Part shown: piece by piece, positions 1 through 11,728 of the stretch
Position numbering within the stretch: the stretch's first letter is position 1
Layout: the number at the start of each line of letters is the position of its first letter
DNA from: Tortispora ganteri
Lineage: Eukaryota
Assembly (NCBI GenBank): GCA_003707115.1
Contig: PPNB01000009.1
Coordinates: 248,001 to 312,000, forward strand
Reading direction: 5' to 3'
Length of the DNA: 64,000 bases
The notes under the pieces: model-generated
Database searches by the model: none
Told to the model about the DNA's origin: nothing
What the model saw: only the letters and a program-made list of their open reading frames with translations
Made by a program: the position numbers and the translations under genes

Positions 1-159
1 TATTTGGATGATCGATATGCGCGAAACGATGATTATCATTACACTGATAGACCCATGAAACGGTCGCATAGGCCAGAAAGTGGACAACGGAGTTCACGTG
101 GACCATACTACATTCAACCACGCCCTGACAATAGACGTGATCCTCTACCCCCTTTTTAA
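1..159 (+). CDS. 3' end of a gene entering from the left (partial; ...YLDDRYARNDDYHYTDRPMKRSHRPESGQRSSRGPYYIQPRPDNRRDPLPPF*)
   Basis: Frame 1 is open from base 1 to TAA at 157-159. It encodes an R/D/Y/P-rich tail and is followed by AT-rich intergenic sequence. Confidence 0.6.
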   Translation, partial: YLDDRYARNDDYHYTDRPMKRSHRPESGQRSSRGPYYIQPRPDNRRDPLPPF

Positions 160-692
160 TGAAAATCATCAAGTATATTATTGTCTGATATCATTTACCT
201 CATTTATTACTTAGCCCTGAGTAGTTAATTATATCACAATTCCTGTAAAAGGGTCTAATTTTAAATTTGGATAAGATTTAGTTTTAGACTAAAAAGCTTA
301 AAACCACTTCGATAACTTAATATTGTGGTTAAACTAACTCCCCTTTCACTCACCTTTTCAAACCCCCTTGAAAATCAGAAATTACTAGTTGACGTATTTG
401 CAAGTATATTGTCACACATAATTCTTCCTTTAAGGAACTTATACTTTGATCTGAATTTTACATTCATTCATTTATTTTAATTCTATTGGTTCAGATCTGA
501 GTATTGACTCTTATACTACAACCTGCTGTTACATAATACTTCCAATCATCAGCGCCTAATCAGCACCTCCAAATCAGAGTCTGTTACGATTAATTAGCAT
601 TTAAATACTCTTCTATTCTTTTCTGGTTTCAATTATACAAGTGTGATTTATTTTAGTGTTACAGATTTCAACCTGCTAATTTCATTACGAAA

Positions 693-3600
693 ATGGCATC
701 TGTTCCAATAACTGAACCCGTGTCAGATACGTCGAAAATGAATTCTCCTTCCAACATCGTTCCAGTTTGTAAAAAATGCGATCTACCTCTATTGGAAGGC
801 CGCGCTTATGAGTTGGGCGAATATAGATGGCACTTGGATTGTTTTAAGTGTTCCTCGTGCAACTCTCAACTAGATTGCGACACTCATCTTCTTGTTTTAG
901 GTAATGGTTCACTGATCTGTTCCAACTGTTCCTATCGATGTGCTTCCTGCAATAAAAGAATCGAAGAGCTCGCTATCCTCACGGGAAGCCAAGCTTACTG
1001 TTCTGAATGTTTTATTTGCAGAAATTGCAAGTCTAAAATTGAAAACCTCAAATATGCCCGCACATCTCAAGGTATATTCTGCATGAAGTGTCACGAAGCA
1101 CTTTTGCGCCGACGTAAACGCAAAATCAAACAGAAGCAAGAGAGGAAAGAAGTTGAAGATGCTGAACCTTCGTTGCAGCAGAACAAATCTCACCACATTA
1201 AATCTCAAGATATGAAACTGCGTCGTTCTTCCTCCTCTGCAGCTAATTCCAGTTTCAGTGCACAAACTATGAGCAGGTCTCTCTCCAATTCTATTTCTCG
1301 TTCCAGGTCTACTCGTTCAAGTAATAAACAGCTCCCTGATATCCCACAGCTGGATTCTACTGGTGATCCTTCCACAGATGACTCGGAGTCGGTGAACAAG
1401 AGCAATACGGATGGAGAATTTTTTTCTATGCCTGAAGACTTAGAAGTCTCTACAGCTGTCCTTTCTTCTTCACCAGTAGTACATCCAATTTCGAAGCCAA
1501 CACATTCACGAGCCTACAGCGAGCAGAAATTGTCAGTTTTGCAAGAAGGATTACCTTTAAAAGAACGTTCTTATTCAGATTTCACTTCATACACGCACGA
1601 TGATAACATTGATGATTATCACCAACCGCAACTTACACCCAATATTGAAAACCAAGAGACAAAAGCATTAGAAGACCGTGTCTCATCCTCTCCTCCAGAT
1701 GAGAAATCCACCACTAATAAATTACAAGCGTTGCACGAGCCTTCAGTGCCTGCTACGAATTGCACCGAGATTACTGATCAGCATTCTTCGTTCCAGTTTC
1801 CGGGCGACCAACCTACAATCTCCAGCTCCGGATCTTCAGATGAGACGGTTGATGCTGATACAGATGTTAATGTCAACTCAATCAACAGCAAAAATGCGAC
1901 TGTTGACGCTGTTTTACATACCCCTAAAAAATTGCATGCTATTGCTGACCCTAACTCCGCGCACTCTTATGGACTACCTAGCGTTCCGAAAGATATTTCT
2001 TTCAATCTTGATGAGGACTTTGCAAAACTATTAGTGGCTCAATCTCCTTCACTTACGCATGAACGTTCAAGGAGTGAGCATAGCGTTATAAACGGAAGGC
2101 GTCTTTTTGAATCCCCGCAAGTGAGTGAAGATACTTTAAAGCCTGTCGGGCTACACGATGGCCATCATTCACCCCGAATAAATCATAGTGCTCATGCATC
2201 TATTACTTCCAATCATACATCGGATGCTATTAACAATGACCGATTTAATAATCTGGGCTCACCTATATCTTCTCCCCCTTCTAATACGCAAGTATTCAGT
2301 CCACCGCGATTTGACTCTTTATTCAAATCAAATAGAGTGGCTGTCACTGCTGAGGATAAAATCAATTCGCTGCAAAATGACCTTAGAATTGCTCAAGCGC
2401 GTATTGAAATCCTTGAGGCTCAACTTTCTCTATCCGTCTCTTCGGGTGATATGTCGATTCAAATGCGTCAACTTGCTCAAGAACGGGATCAGTTGCTGTC
2501 GCAAGTTCATTTGCTCCAAAAGCTGGCTGATGATTCATCGGAAAAAGCTGTAAATCTTGAAGAGTCCAATAAGTTGAAAGAATCGCTTTCTGCTGAAATT
2601 GCTATGTTATCGTCTTCTAGAGATGACTTGATAAGTACTATCTCGATCATGCAGCGACAAAAAGCTGCTCTTGTGCGTGATATACAAGATCTGAAACGTC
2701 AAAAAGATAGTTTGACGGATATCAGGAATCTGGAGCCTCCGAAAGGTTTTGCGGCACGTCTTATGGGTCGACAATCGCCTTCTACGAATTCTGATTTAGC
2801 TGACTCGCCTGGATTGTCTGGCAAAGCTGATTTACTAATATCATCACCAATTCATCTTACTGAAGCTCTGCAAGAAGGTAATCTTTTTGAGCCTCAAGCA
2901 ATTGGGGAATCATCGCTGTACAGCCAATCTCCTGATAGTTTTGGCGACTATTGCAGTTTAAATGATTCAGTAGAAACCAAGAAACCTGGCAAACGATTTT
3001 GGAAGTTCCCTGGACATGCTGTTGCTAAAGGGCTTAACAAGGTGTTTGCTGGTACCGATCCTAATTCAGATAATGGAACTGCAATCCCTGGAGGATTTTC
3101 TGCTAGTGGTCTTAATATTACTGTCCCATTGCAAAAGAGTGCGAGTACTGACGGATACAAAACATCTCTGTCAGCATTAAGGTCTATTCCTAATTCGATG
3201 TCTCATAATTCATTTATTGGACGCAATTTAGCTTCTAATGCTTTGTTTAAGCAGGATTTAGTAGCACGTGTTGCTTATGAGCGAACGTCTATTCCTCGGA
3301 TTGTGACAGAACTGATTGAGTATATTGAAGCCAATGCTCTGGATTATGAAGGTATATATAGGAAAGGTGGTGGTAAAAGCCAGATGACAGCATTGGAAGA
3401 AGTATATGAAAAAGATGGTATTCCACCTGAGCAACTGTTAATGGAGATACCTGGAGTGACATCTGTTTTGAAGCAATATTTAAGACAACTTCCTAATCCA
3501 TTAATTTGCTACTCTGCATATCAAGATTTTATTAATTGCACTTCTGGAAAAGACAAAGAAGAGAAGTTTGAAGCCGTTAGGACATGTATGGCACTTTTAC

Positions 3601-3833
3601 CGCCCGCACACCAAACATGTTTAATTTATCTTCTTAGACACTTACATAAGGTCAGTGAGCATTCTGATAAGAATCTTATGACTGTCAGGAACCTTGCGGT
3701 TGTATTTTCTCCTAGTATTCTGAGGGACGAAACTGGTGAACATGAAATTGCTGATATGGGTAAACGCACAGCGGTAATTGAGTTTCTTATTCAAAATGCT
3801 GAAGCATTACATAACACTGGTACATTGCTCTAG
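693..3833 (+). CDS. RGA1: Rho GTPase-activating protein with two N-terminal LIM domains (Rga1/Rga2 family)
   Basis: N-terminal LIM Cys/His pattern (CKKC...WHLDCFKCSSC; CASC...CSECFICRNC...CMKC), central coiled coil, and C-terminal RhoGAP domain (EGIYRKGG, LKQYLRQLP, NLMTVRNLAVVFSP). Confidence 0.9.
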   Translation: MASVPITEPVSDTSKMNSPSNIVPVCKKCDLPLLEGRAYELGEYRWHLDCFKCSSCNSQLDCDTHLLVLGNGSLICSNCSYRCASCNKRIEELAILTGSQAYCSECFICRNCKSKIENLKYARTSQGIFCMKCHEALLRRRKRKIKQKQERKEVEDAEPSLQQNKSHHIKSQDMKLRRSSSSAANSSFSAQTMSRSLSNSISRSRSTRSSNKQLPDIPQLDSTGDPSTDDSESVNKSNTDGEFFSMPEDLEVSTAVLSSSPVVHPISKPTHSRAYSEQKLSVLQEGLPLKERSYSDFTSYTHDDNIDDYHQPQLTPNIENQETKALEDRVSSSPPDEKSTTNKLQALHEPSVPATNCTEITDQHSSFQFPGDQPTISSSGSSDETVDADTDVNVNSINSKNATVDAVLHTPKKLHAIADPNSAHSYGLPSVPKDISFNLDEDFAKLLVAQSPSLTHERSRSEHSVINGRRLFESPQVSEDTLKPVGLHDGHHSPRINHSAHASITSNHTSDAINNDRFNNLGSPISSPPSNTQVFSPPRFDSLFKSNRVAVTAEDKINSLQNDLRIAQARIEILEAQLSLSVSSGDMSIQMRQLAQERDQLLSQVHLLQKLADDSSEKAVNLEESNKLKESLSAEIAMLSSSRDDLISTISIMQRQKAALVRDIQDLKRQKDSLTDIRNLEPPKGFAARLMGRQSPSTNSDLADSPGLSGKADLLISSPIHLTEALQEGNLFEPQAIGESSLYSQSPDSFGDYCSLNDSVETKKPGKRFWKFPGHAVAKGLNKVFAGTDPNSDNGTAIPGGFSASGLNITVPLQKSASTDGYKTSLSALRSIPNSMSHNSFIGRNLASNALFKQDLVARVAYERTSIPRIVTELIEYIEANALDYEGIYRKGGGKSQMTALEEVYEKDGIPPEQLLMEIPGVTSVLKQYLRQLPNPLICYSAYQDFINCTSGKDKEEKFEAVRTCMALLPPAHQTCLIYLLRHLHKVSEHSDKNLMTVRNLAVVFSPSILRDETGEHEIADMGKRTAVIEFLIQNAEALHNTGTLL

Positions 3834-4045
3834 CATTCAAATATCACATATACTGTTTTTCTTTACATTTCTTTCTTTTTTCATTCTTCCTTCTTTTAGA
3901 TTTTTAATATTACATTTAATTTATTATTAGGCTATTATTGCATATCGAAATCTATTTATTTATAATCTTCAGTTAGTATACTTAATTGTGGGGATCTGTA
4001 TTATAATACTTTTAATTCTTTACACCACTCGAGTTTTCAGATAGA

Positions 4046-5725
4046 ATGAAACGATCTCATTCACCTGAATATTATTCTTCTAAAAAACATAATTTATATA
4101 AAGAACTTCCAAATACTAACTATTTAAGATCTTTTAAACAAGAATCCCCTGTTCTTAATGTGGTTACATTCGGATCTCTGATTGTTACAGCTAATGCTGA
4201 TGGTATCTTAAGAATATGGAAAAGACAACGAGATTCACCTGATTATATTGATTATGTTAAAGGATTTAAACCTATAAATGGTCCTATATCTGTTTTGAAA
4301 TATAATAGCGATTCAAATATGTTGTTAATAGTTCATGAAAGAGGTTATATTCGTATTCTGGATGTTTATTCTCTTGAAATCACAGCTAGTTCTCATTTTA
4401 CTGAAATTGATGAACCTGCTTTTAGCGCATGTTGGATTTCTGCTAATAAGTTTGCAATTTCATATGGAACTCGTATAGTTTTCTTTGACAGTAATGATCT
4501 GCATAACCCGCATAATGATCCTACTGAAACACATATTGCTCCTATAACTGCCATGAATTATGTCAAGGAATCTAATGTCGTGATTTCAACTGATACAGAT
4601 GGTATAATTGAAATGTGGCAACCACCTGACGATATTAATAATATAACTGATCGATACGCATCTAATGATACGGAATTCCTACAATTTATAAAGGGTACTA
4701 TATCATTCTGGTCAGATACTGAATGTTATATAAAATGTATGGATGTGTCTCCAAACGGTGAACTCTTTGCTTGCATTGATTCAATGAACACTTTTCGTCT
4801 ATTTCATATACCCTCAAATGATTTAAAATATTCCTTGAATTTGTTAGGTTCATCCGAGACGTACATACCTAGCGTCATATTTGATAATACCGGGAGCTAT
4901 GTTTTATTCGCTTCTCCAAACGGTACTATTGATATATTTGACCTGCTCACCTATGAAGTTAAAACTGAACTAGGAAAATCTAGCTCACTCACATATACTT
5001 CAGTAGCCGTGTTTCAAGATTCTGATCGCCCTCGGCCGATTGGTCCCTCCATAGTCCAATTGAACCCAGACGATTTTGAGAAAGACTTCATAGTACTTGC
5101 AGGCTCACCAGAAACTAATTGTCTCTACCTGTTTGCAAGTACTGTCGACACTAATTTTAGTGAAAATTCGCAACGCGATATACAAACTAAAGCTATAGAG
5201 TTAGTTAAAAATCGTCCAAATGAATCATTTTTTGATCCAAAGAATGTTGAGTCATGCACATTACATACAACACTTGGCGACATAACTTTGACATTTTATC
5301 CTGATGCAGCTCCGAAGGCAGTCGAAAATTTTGCCAGACTTGCTCAATCTGGTTATTATAATAATACTATCTTTCATAGAGTGATCAAGGATTTCATGAT
5401 ACAAGGAGGAGATCCAGAAGGCAATGGAACTGGTGGTAAGTCTATATATGGCGAACATTTTGAGGACGAATTCTCAAAAGATTTAAAACATGATAAGCCG
5501 TTTATTTTATCAATGGCTAACAGAGGACCTACAACTAACGGTTCTCAATTCTTCATAACTACAGCTGCAGCACCACATCTGGACAATGTTCACACGATAT
5601 TCGGGCGAGTAATAGATGGATTTGAAGTTGTAAGATCTATAGAAAGCCTTGAAACTGATAAGAACGCAATGCCTCATTCCCCTCCAAAGATAATATCCAC
5701 TACAGTGCAATTGCGGAATACATAA
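4046..5725 (+). CDS. PPWD1: WD40-repeat cyclophilin (PPWD1/Cyp15 spliceosomal PPIase)
   Basis: N-terminal WD40-like repeats. C-terminal cyclophilin domain [22 protein letters not shown]...[18 protein letters not shown]...[12 protein letters not shown]. Confidence 0.9.
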   Translation: MKRSHSPEYYSSKKHNLYKELPNTNYLRSFKQESPVLNVVTFGSLIVTANADGILRIWKRQRDSPDYIDYVKGFKPINGPISVLKYNSDSNMLLIVHERGYIRILDVYSLEITASSHFTEIDEPAFSACWISANKFAISYGTRIVFFDSNDLHNPHNDPTETHIAPITAMNYVKESNVVISTDTDGIIEMWQPPDDINNITDRYASNDTEFLQFIKGTISFWSDTECYIKCMDVSPNGELFACIDSMNTFRLFHIPSNDLKYSLNLLGSSETYIPSVIFDNTGSYVLFASPNGTIDIFDLLTYEVKTELGKSSSLTYTSVAVFQDSDRPRPIGPSIVQLNPDDFEKDFIVLAGSPETNCLYLFASTVDTNFSENSQRDIQTKAIELVKNRPNESFFDPKNVESCTLHTTLGDITLTFYPDAAPKAVENFARLAQSGYYNNTIFHRVIKDFMIQGGDPEGNGTGGKSIYGEHFEDEFSKDLKHDKPFILSMANRGPTTNGSQFFITTAAAPHLDNVHTIFGRVIDGFEVVRSIESLETDKNAMPHSPPKIISTTVQLRNT

Positions 5726-5786
5726 CATACAATGGGGTTTATGTAACATAAACCATTGAGTTGATGCGACTGATCATTTATTATTA

Positions 5787-8700
5787 TCACATCAGCGTGG
5801 TGCGACCGCCAATATCTGACGAAGCGGTTCCAGACGGCATTTCTCCAGATCGATCAGAGACAAAATCACGATATATCTTGGTGAGCCTTTCACGCTCTTG
5901 TAGAGAAAGACTTGGTTTAGTCTTAGTGAAAGCTATTTCAATATGTTCCCACTGGACTTCAACGCTCACACTCTTTTCTGAATTCTGTTCATTTTCATTT
6001 TCATTTTCATCTGAATTCTTGTCATTAATATTCGATCTTCCGAATTTTAGCTTCTCTAAACGGTTTAGAGTTGCTAAACGTTGGGCTGCAGTTGAATTAA
6101 ATGTCTCAAAAAACTCTAGGCTGTCATACTCGCCAACACTATTGTCACTTGGAGGGTTCTCCTCAACCGTTTTTGAATCTCTCTCCTCTTCAGACTTGGT
6201 CTTCACAATTCCATGGGGAACATGATCAATTATATCATGGATGGCTTCCAGATAGGCATTGTAAAGCAAGGCTTGCATATCTGCACCACAATAACCATCA
6301 GTTCTTGAAGCAATATTTTCAAAGTCAAGATTTGGGTTGCATTTCACTTTACCAGAATTTGATAATGTCTTCAGGATACTTAGTCTGTCTTTGAAATCGG
6401 GCATGTCACAAATGAGAGATTTATCAAGACGACCAGGCCGTAAAAGAGCTGAATCAATCAAATCTGGCCTAGATGTGGCTGCGAGTACATAAACGCCGGT
6501 ATCCAATCCTTCTGCACCATCTAATTGAGTAAGCATTTGATTGACAACACGATCTGTTACACCTGTTGAGTCATGACCACGTTTAGGTGCAACAGAGTCA
6601 AACTCATCAAAAAATAGCACACATGGCTTAGCAGCTTGAGCTCTTTCAAATAGATCTCTAACAGCTTTTTCACTAGCGCCTATGTATTTATTTAGTATTT
6701 CTGGCCCTTTAATTGATATGAAATTTAGCCCGCATTCTTTAGCAACAGCTGAAGCCAACATAGTCTTACCACAACCTGGATAGCCGTATAGTAAAATTCC
6801 TGATCTTAAACGTAAAGGGCTCTTTTGAAATATTGGAGCATACTTATTCGGCCATTCCAAAGTCTCATATAGAACCCTTTTGGTCGCTTCTAGGCCACCT
6901 ATATCAGACCATCTTACAGAAGAGCCTTTCTCCAACTTAACACCGCGTAAACTAGCAGGAACAAATTCCTTCGTTGCACTTTCTATGTCGTCTTGAGTGA
7001 TGCATAAAGTTGAGCTAGGATCCTGTAGATTCCTCATTAGAGCTTCGTGCTCTGCTCTCTCAGCGAGAACATGTAGATCGCCAGGTTGATACCCTTCAGT
7101 AGAGCTGGCTGCTTCAAGCATATCAACATTGGAATCAACACCTACAGACCTAGATTCCATAGCAGCTGTTAAAATCAATCGGCGCATTTCTCGATCTGGT
7201 GCTTTCAAATTTATAAGCTCACCAAATACATGGCTATTCAGCAAAGAGGGATGTATGCTCTCTTTCGACTGACTGCTAGCCAAAAGTACTATGTCTCTGC
7301 GGCGCCTGAAGTCGCTAGTAAGCTTTATGAGCAGCTCAGATATATGTTTTGTTCTGCTAGAGTCGGTGTTTTCTTGTTCTGCCGGACAAAGTCGGTCTAA
7401 GTTGTCCAACAGTATTACCGCAGGAGCATGCCACATTGCATTGCCAAAGCTAGTCTGTAGTGTCTCTTTGATTGATCCTATGCGGTCATCAGACATTTCA
7501 GAGCAGTCTAATTTGATAGAGTAAAACAGTTTGGTGATCAGCTTATGTGATACCAGAGATAATAGATCAGTCTTTCCACTTCCGTGAGAACCGTACACTA
7601 AAGTACAGCGCAAATGTCTCACATGCGATTCTGTCTGGTTAACAATGTTATCAATGCCGTAAAGAGTGGGAGGCTTACTCAATGATATCATCTTCTCATT
7701 CAATACAGAGCCAGCAACTGTAGAGAATACAGCTCTATTAAAACCAGGGGTGATCCATCCATCAGAATTTTTCAGCTGAATGATACCGCTTTCACTTAGT
7801 AGTGTATCAGGAACAAACGGAAGTTGCATATTGTTGGTGATAGGATTCTGAAATATTTCCAATTCATTCAATAGCTTCTGCAAAATTTCTGATTTCTCCA
7901 ATTGTTGTTCGATGTCATTTTTGTTTCGGTTTAAGCTAAGTCCAGATTTCTTTGAGTTTGATTTAGCGGAACTGATAGGAAGAACCACAGTAATACTTTC
8001 GGGAGCTATTGATAAAGGTTTCGCAGCTGGTTCAATAAGTACCATGGAACCTACTGCACTTTTTATTCCAATAGCTTGAGCGAGCCAAGGTGATAAGTAG
8101 CAGTGGTTAGCAGGGCAAGAGTCGTTCACTGTCAAGAAAGCTACAACAGTCTTTGCTGCTGTCGGAATAGGTTGTTCATCATTCGGCGACGGCAGACTAG
8201 AGTTGGCTGGTTTAGATTCGGGAATATTAGCCGCCGAAACTGCGACATATTTAGAATTTCTGAGTTCAGCAGGTATTGAAGTAGCTGGAATTTCAATTTG
8301 AACTTTAGGGTGTTTGGGCGCCAGGTTGTTGTCATCCTTTATGATTGATCTCATGAAATGAGCATGTATAGGGCCCTGGTTAGTTTGCCTACGTGATCTC
8401 GACCGGCTGGTGACGGAGCCACTAGTTTTCCGATCTCTTCCCGTTTGTTTCTTCCTCAGCTTTGGAGCAACAGCCACTTCAGTATCTGACGATATTTTTG
8501 CATATACAGCATCCGGATCGCTTGACTCTATCTTTGATACTCGAAATATCGCCGAGGTGGAAGGAGATACGTATATACACACAGGATGGATGCTTGATAC
8601 AACACGGATTTGCGAGAGCATGTCGGATTCAACACGTTGGGCATTCAACTCTATGATTTCCCAGTCAGATGCAGTAGCAGGTTCTAAAAATACCCGAGTA

Positions 8701-9017
8701 GCAATAGGAGGGTTAGCATGTATCTGAATAGAGACGTTCGTTCCTTCAGCTAAGCCCACATATTGGGCAAAAATAGGATCGATTTCAATGGATTTCTCAC
8801 TCCCTCGAATACCTCTAGCGCTGGTCATTCCAGTCCACCCTACATATGCCTTCCTTGTATTATCTCTTCCTTTCGGCCCCGTTCGCCATATCAATTCAAG
8901 AACAGTATTTTGAGCTACTACATTTGATGAAAAGAGTAAGGAGGAGATAGAATTGGGCAAATTAACTAGACCGGATCTCAGACCCACAAAATTGACTATT
9001 GCTTGATGAGTAGACAT
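5787..9017 (-). CDS. PEX1: Peroxisomal AAA ATPase Pex1
   Basis: Pex1 N-domain (LVNLP, EPATASDWEIIELNA), D1 Walker A YGSHGSGKT, D2 LRLRSGILLYGYPGCGKT, APKRGHDSTGVTDRVVNQ, and C-terminal IGGRTTLM. Confidence 0.96.
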   Translation of the reverse strand: MSTHQAIVNFVGLRSGLVNLPNSISSLLFSSNVVAQNTVLELIWRTGPKGRDNTRKAYVGWTGMTSARGIRGSEKSIEIDPIFAQYVGLAEGTNVSIQIHANPPIATRVFLEPATASDWEIIELNAQRVESDMLSQIRVVSSIHPVCIYVSPSTSAIFRVSKIESSDPDAVYAKISSDTEVAVAPKLRKKQTGRDRKTSGSVTSRSRSRRQTNQGPIHAHFMRSIIKDDNNLAPKHPKVQIEIPATSIPAELRNSKYVAVSAANIPESKPANSSLPSPNDEQPIPTAAKTVVAFLTVNDSCPANHCYLSPWLAQAIGIKSAVGSMVLIEPAAKPLSIAPESITVVLPISSAKSNSKKSGLSLNRNKNDIEQQLEKSEILQKLLNELEIFQNPITNNMQLPFVPDTLLSESGIIQLKNSDGWITPGFNRAVFSTVAGSVLNEKMISLSKPPTLYGIDNIVNQTESHVRHLRCTLVYGSHGSGKTDLLSLVSHKLITKLFYSIKLDCSEMSDDRIGSIKETLQTSFGNAMWHAPAVILLDNLDRLCPAEQENTDSSRTKHISELLIKLTSDFRRRRDIVLLASSQSKESIHPSLLNSHVFGELINLKAPDREMRRLILTAAMESRSVGVDSNVDMLEAASSTEGYQPGDLHVLAERAEHEALMRNLQDPSSTLCITQDDIESATKEFVPASLRGVKLEKGSSVRWSDIGGLEATKRVLYETLEWPNKYAPIFQKSPLRLRSGILLYGYPGCGKTMLASAVAKECGLNFISIKGPEILNKYIGASEKAVRDLFERAQAAKPCVLFFDEFDSVAPKRGHDSTGVTDRVVNQMLTQLDGAEGLDTGVYVLAATSRPDLIDSALLRPGRLDKSLICDMPDFKDRLSILKTLSNSGKVKCNPNLDFENIASRTDGYCGADMQALLYNAYLEAIHDIIDHVPHGIVKTKSEEERDSKTVEENPPSDNSVGEYDSLEFFETFNSTAAQRLATLNRLEKLKFGRSNINDKNSDENENENEQNSEKSVSVEVQWEHIEIAFTKTKPSLSLQERERLTKIYRDFVSDRSGEMPSGTASSDIGGRTTLM

Positions 9018-9221
9018 TAAGATATGAGCAAATTAAGTTTAATAAGAAATAATCAAAGAATTATGACTTAGAATTAGGCGAATAAATCTATCAGATCGTA
9101 AGAAGTTATAGTAAGAGGAAAACTGGCAACCGAGGCTTAACCGGCGTGCAGAAGAGGTAGTGATGAGTGAGAATCCCAAGATGTTGTAAGGATTAGACTT
9201 TGCGGGGAGACTGAAAATATA

Positions 9222-9229
9222 TTACCCGG
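9222..9229 (+). promoter_or_regulatory. Reb1-type site TTACCCGG in the PEX1/MCM7 divergent promoter
   Basis: Exact match to the yeast Reb1 consensus. The same extended context (AATATRTTACCCGGCTT) recurs at 17023-17039. Confidence 0.55.
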
Positions 9230-9325
9230 CTTCGGAGAGCAAAAAAAGCCGCACTTCCTCTTTAAATTTTTATTACATTTGACACGGGTTCAGGGTAATA
9301 TTGCAGCGATATCCAAACCCCCTTT

Positions 9326-9333
9326 ACGCGAAA
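9326..9333 (+). promoter_or_regulatory. MCB/SCB-like G1/S element ACGCGAAA upstream of MCM7
   Basis: CGCG-core motif about 75 nt upstream of a replication gene. Confidence 0.5.
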
Positions 9334-9406
9334 CTCTGACCGTGTCAATCTTTCTTTTTCTATCCTTTCGCTTGCGCAGTCGTTTTATAATAAGAGCTTG
9401 TATTTA

Positions 9407-11728
9407 ATGTCTAATTTGCCTACTATTGATTTAGGTATTAACTATGATGATGAACGTACAAAGATATCTACGTTTATCTCGGAGTACAAAGTCCGAGATG
9501 ATGACTTTGCAGTCCCTTCCTACAAATACAAGGAGATGCTGCAACAAGTGGCAGATCGCGAACTAAATACCGTCCTGATAGAACTGGATGATATAGATAA
9601 ATGGGAATCTAAGGAAGGCGACCTTGTACCTGCAATAATAGAGAATACTAGTCGTTATATTGAGCTATTCAGTCAGGTTATTGATTCTATGCTCCCTGAA
9701 GCTAACGAATCTTTAAGCTATAAGTCAGACGTTCTAGATGTCATTATACAGCAGCGCCAGGAAAGAAATGCGCATATAGCTGAAGAACAAGGCACTGAAG
9801 CTCCCGTTAATGCATTTCCACCTGAACTCATTCGAAGATATTCACTCTATATCAAGCCATTAAGCGATCCCACGCGAAACTTCAATAATGGAAAACCCTT
9901 TGCAGTTCGACAAGTTCGCGGCTCTCATATCGGAAAACTTCTCACACTCAGAGGAATAGTCACGCGAATTTCAGATGTGAAACCTAAATTGACTGTTAAT
10001 GCTTATACATGCGATAAGTGTGGTTTCGAAGTCTTTCAGGAGGTTACTACACGACAGTTTACCCCCTTAGTGGATTGTCCCTCAGAAAAGTGTAAGATGA
10101 ATCGAAATAAAGGCCAGCTTTTTATGGCAACTAGAGCATCTAAATTTTTGCCTTTTCAAGAGGTTCGCATTCAGGAGTTATCTGATCAAGTCCCTGTCGG
10201 TCATATTCCTCGAACAATAGCTATTCACTTGTCAGGCACTCTAGTACGCTCGATCATTCCTGGTGACTTATGTGATATATCCGGAATTGTTATACCTCTT
10301 CCTTATACTGGCATGCGTGCTCTTCGCGCTGGATTGTTAACAGACGTATACATTGATTGTCAATATGTTTATAAGCACAAGAACATTCCTACAGAACCCT
10401 CTCCTCAACTCTCAGAGGAGATTCAACAACTCTGGCAGCAAGGGCCAGGTGCTTACGATCGTTTAGCCCGTTCAATTGCCCCAGAAATTTACGGCAATCT
10501 TGATGTGAAGAAAGCTTTACTGCTTTTACTTATAGGAGGCGTAACTAAAACAATGGGTGACGGTATGAAAATTCGAGGTGATATTAATATTTGTTTAATG
10601 GGTGATCCTGGAGTTGCAAAATCCCAGTTACTAAAGTATATCAGTAATATAGCACCGCGAGGTGTATATACTACTGGTAGAGGATCTTCAGGAGTAGGTC
10701 TTACTGCAGCTGTGGTTCGCGATCCAGTTACGGAAGAAATGGTTCTCGAAGGAGGTGCCTTATCTCTTGCAGATAACGGTGTGTGCTGTATCGATGAATT
10801 TGACAAAATGGACGAAAGCGATCGTACTGCAATTCACGAGGTTATGGAACAGCAAACAATTTCAATCTCTAAAGCAGGAATCAATACGACACTCAATGCT
10901 AGGACTTCTGTTCTTGCTGCAGCTAATCCTATTTATGGAAGATATAATCCTCGTGTTTCTCCACTAGAGAACATTAACTTACCAGCGGCATTACTTTCTA
11001 GGTTTGACTTATTATTTTTGATGTTAGATTCTCCGTCTAGGGAAGGTGATGAACGTTTAGCTGAACATGTAACATATGTGCACATGTACGGCGAACAACC
11101 AGATCATGACTTTGAACCTCTATCTCCAGAACTGATTCGTGAATATATTGCAGTTGCTAGAACGTTCAGACCTACCGTACCAAAGGATGTGTCAGCGTAT
11201 ATAGTTTCGGCATACGTTCAGATGCGACAAACGTATAGGCGAGAGCAAGGGTCAAATCAGCAATTCAATCACATTACGCCTAGGCAATTGTTAGCTATCA
11301 TTAGAATGGCCCAAGCGTTGGCAAGAATGCGATTCTCAGAAATTGTGCGAACGGATGATGTTGACGAAGCGCTGAGACTTATTGAGGTTAGTAAAACATC
11401 GTTAGCATTAAGAAGAGGTGTCAATGACGGAGATACTAGTGTTCAAACAAGGATTTATAACATTATACGGACAATGGGAGCCGGTGATGGAGAGCTGCAG
11501 TACGATTGGCTACCTATTCGAAACATTCGCAATCGTGTTCTTGGCAAAGGCTTCACTATGGCTGAATTGCAAGAAACTTTACATGAGTACGAGCTGCATA
11601 ATATTTGGCAGATATCAGGAGATAGGCTCATATTTGTTCACGATGATGACGACAATAACATTGGCAGTCCAGGAATAGATGGGCCCAATATGGAAGAGCT
11701 AGATGCCGAAAGTGATAGCTATATCTGA
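9407..11728 (+). CDS. MCM7: Replicative helicase subunit Mcm7 (first ATG at 9407)
   Basis: Zn finger CDKC...CPSEKC, Walker [24 protein letters not shown]-finger AALLSRFDL, and Mcm7-type QVPVGHIPR and RAGLLTD. Confidence 0.97.
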   Translation: MSNLPTIDLGINYDDERTKISTFISEYKVRDDDFAVPSYKYKEMLQQVADRELNTVLIELDDIDKWESKEGDLVPAIIENTSRYIELFSQVIDSMLPEANESLSYKSDVLDVIIQQRQERNAHIAEEQGTEAPVNAFPPELIRRYSLYIKPLSDPTRNFNNGKPFAVRQVRGSHIGKLLTLRGIVTRISDVKPKLTVNAYTCDKCGFEVFQEVTTRQFTPLVDCPSEKCKMNRNKGQLFMATRASKFLPFQEVRIQELSDQVPVGHIPRTIAIHLSGTLVRSIIPGDLCDISGIVIPLPYTGMRALRAGLLTDVYIDCQYVYKHKNIPTEPSPQLSEEIQQLWQQGPGAYDRLARSIAPEIYGNLDVKKALLLLLIGGVTKTMGDGMKIRGDINICLMGDPGVAKSQLLKYISNIAPRGVYTTGRGSSGVGLTAAVVRDPVTEEMVLEGGALSLADNGVCCIDEFDKMDESDRTAIHEVMEQQTISISKAGINTTLNARTSVLAAANPIYGRYNPRVSPLENINLPAALLSRFDLLFLMLDSPSREGDERLAEHVTYVHMYGEQPDHDFEPLSPELIREYIAVARTFRPTVPKDVSAYIVSAYVQMRQTYRREQGSNQQFNHITPRQLLAIIRMAQALARMRFSEIVRTDDVDEALRLIEVSKTSLALRRGVNDGDTSVQTRIYNIIRTMGAGDGELQYDWLPIRNIRNRVLGKGFTMAELQETLHEYELHNIWQISGDRLIFVHDDDDNNIGSPGIDGPNMEELDAESDSYI

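Noticed and set aside
55..78. Peptide MKRSHRPE nearly matches the PPWD1 start MKRSHSPE (4046)
   Set aside because: The codons differ at synonymous sites and the similarity does not extend, so it is probably a coincidental basic motif.
712..725. 14-mer CTGAACCCGTGTCA shared with 9280-9293 (reverse), 11 nt of it also at 32530-32540
   Set aside because: Some 14-mer matches are expected by chance in 64 kb on two strands, and this copy lies within a CDS.
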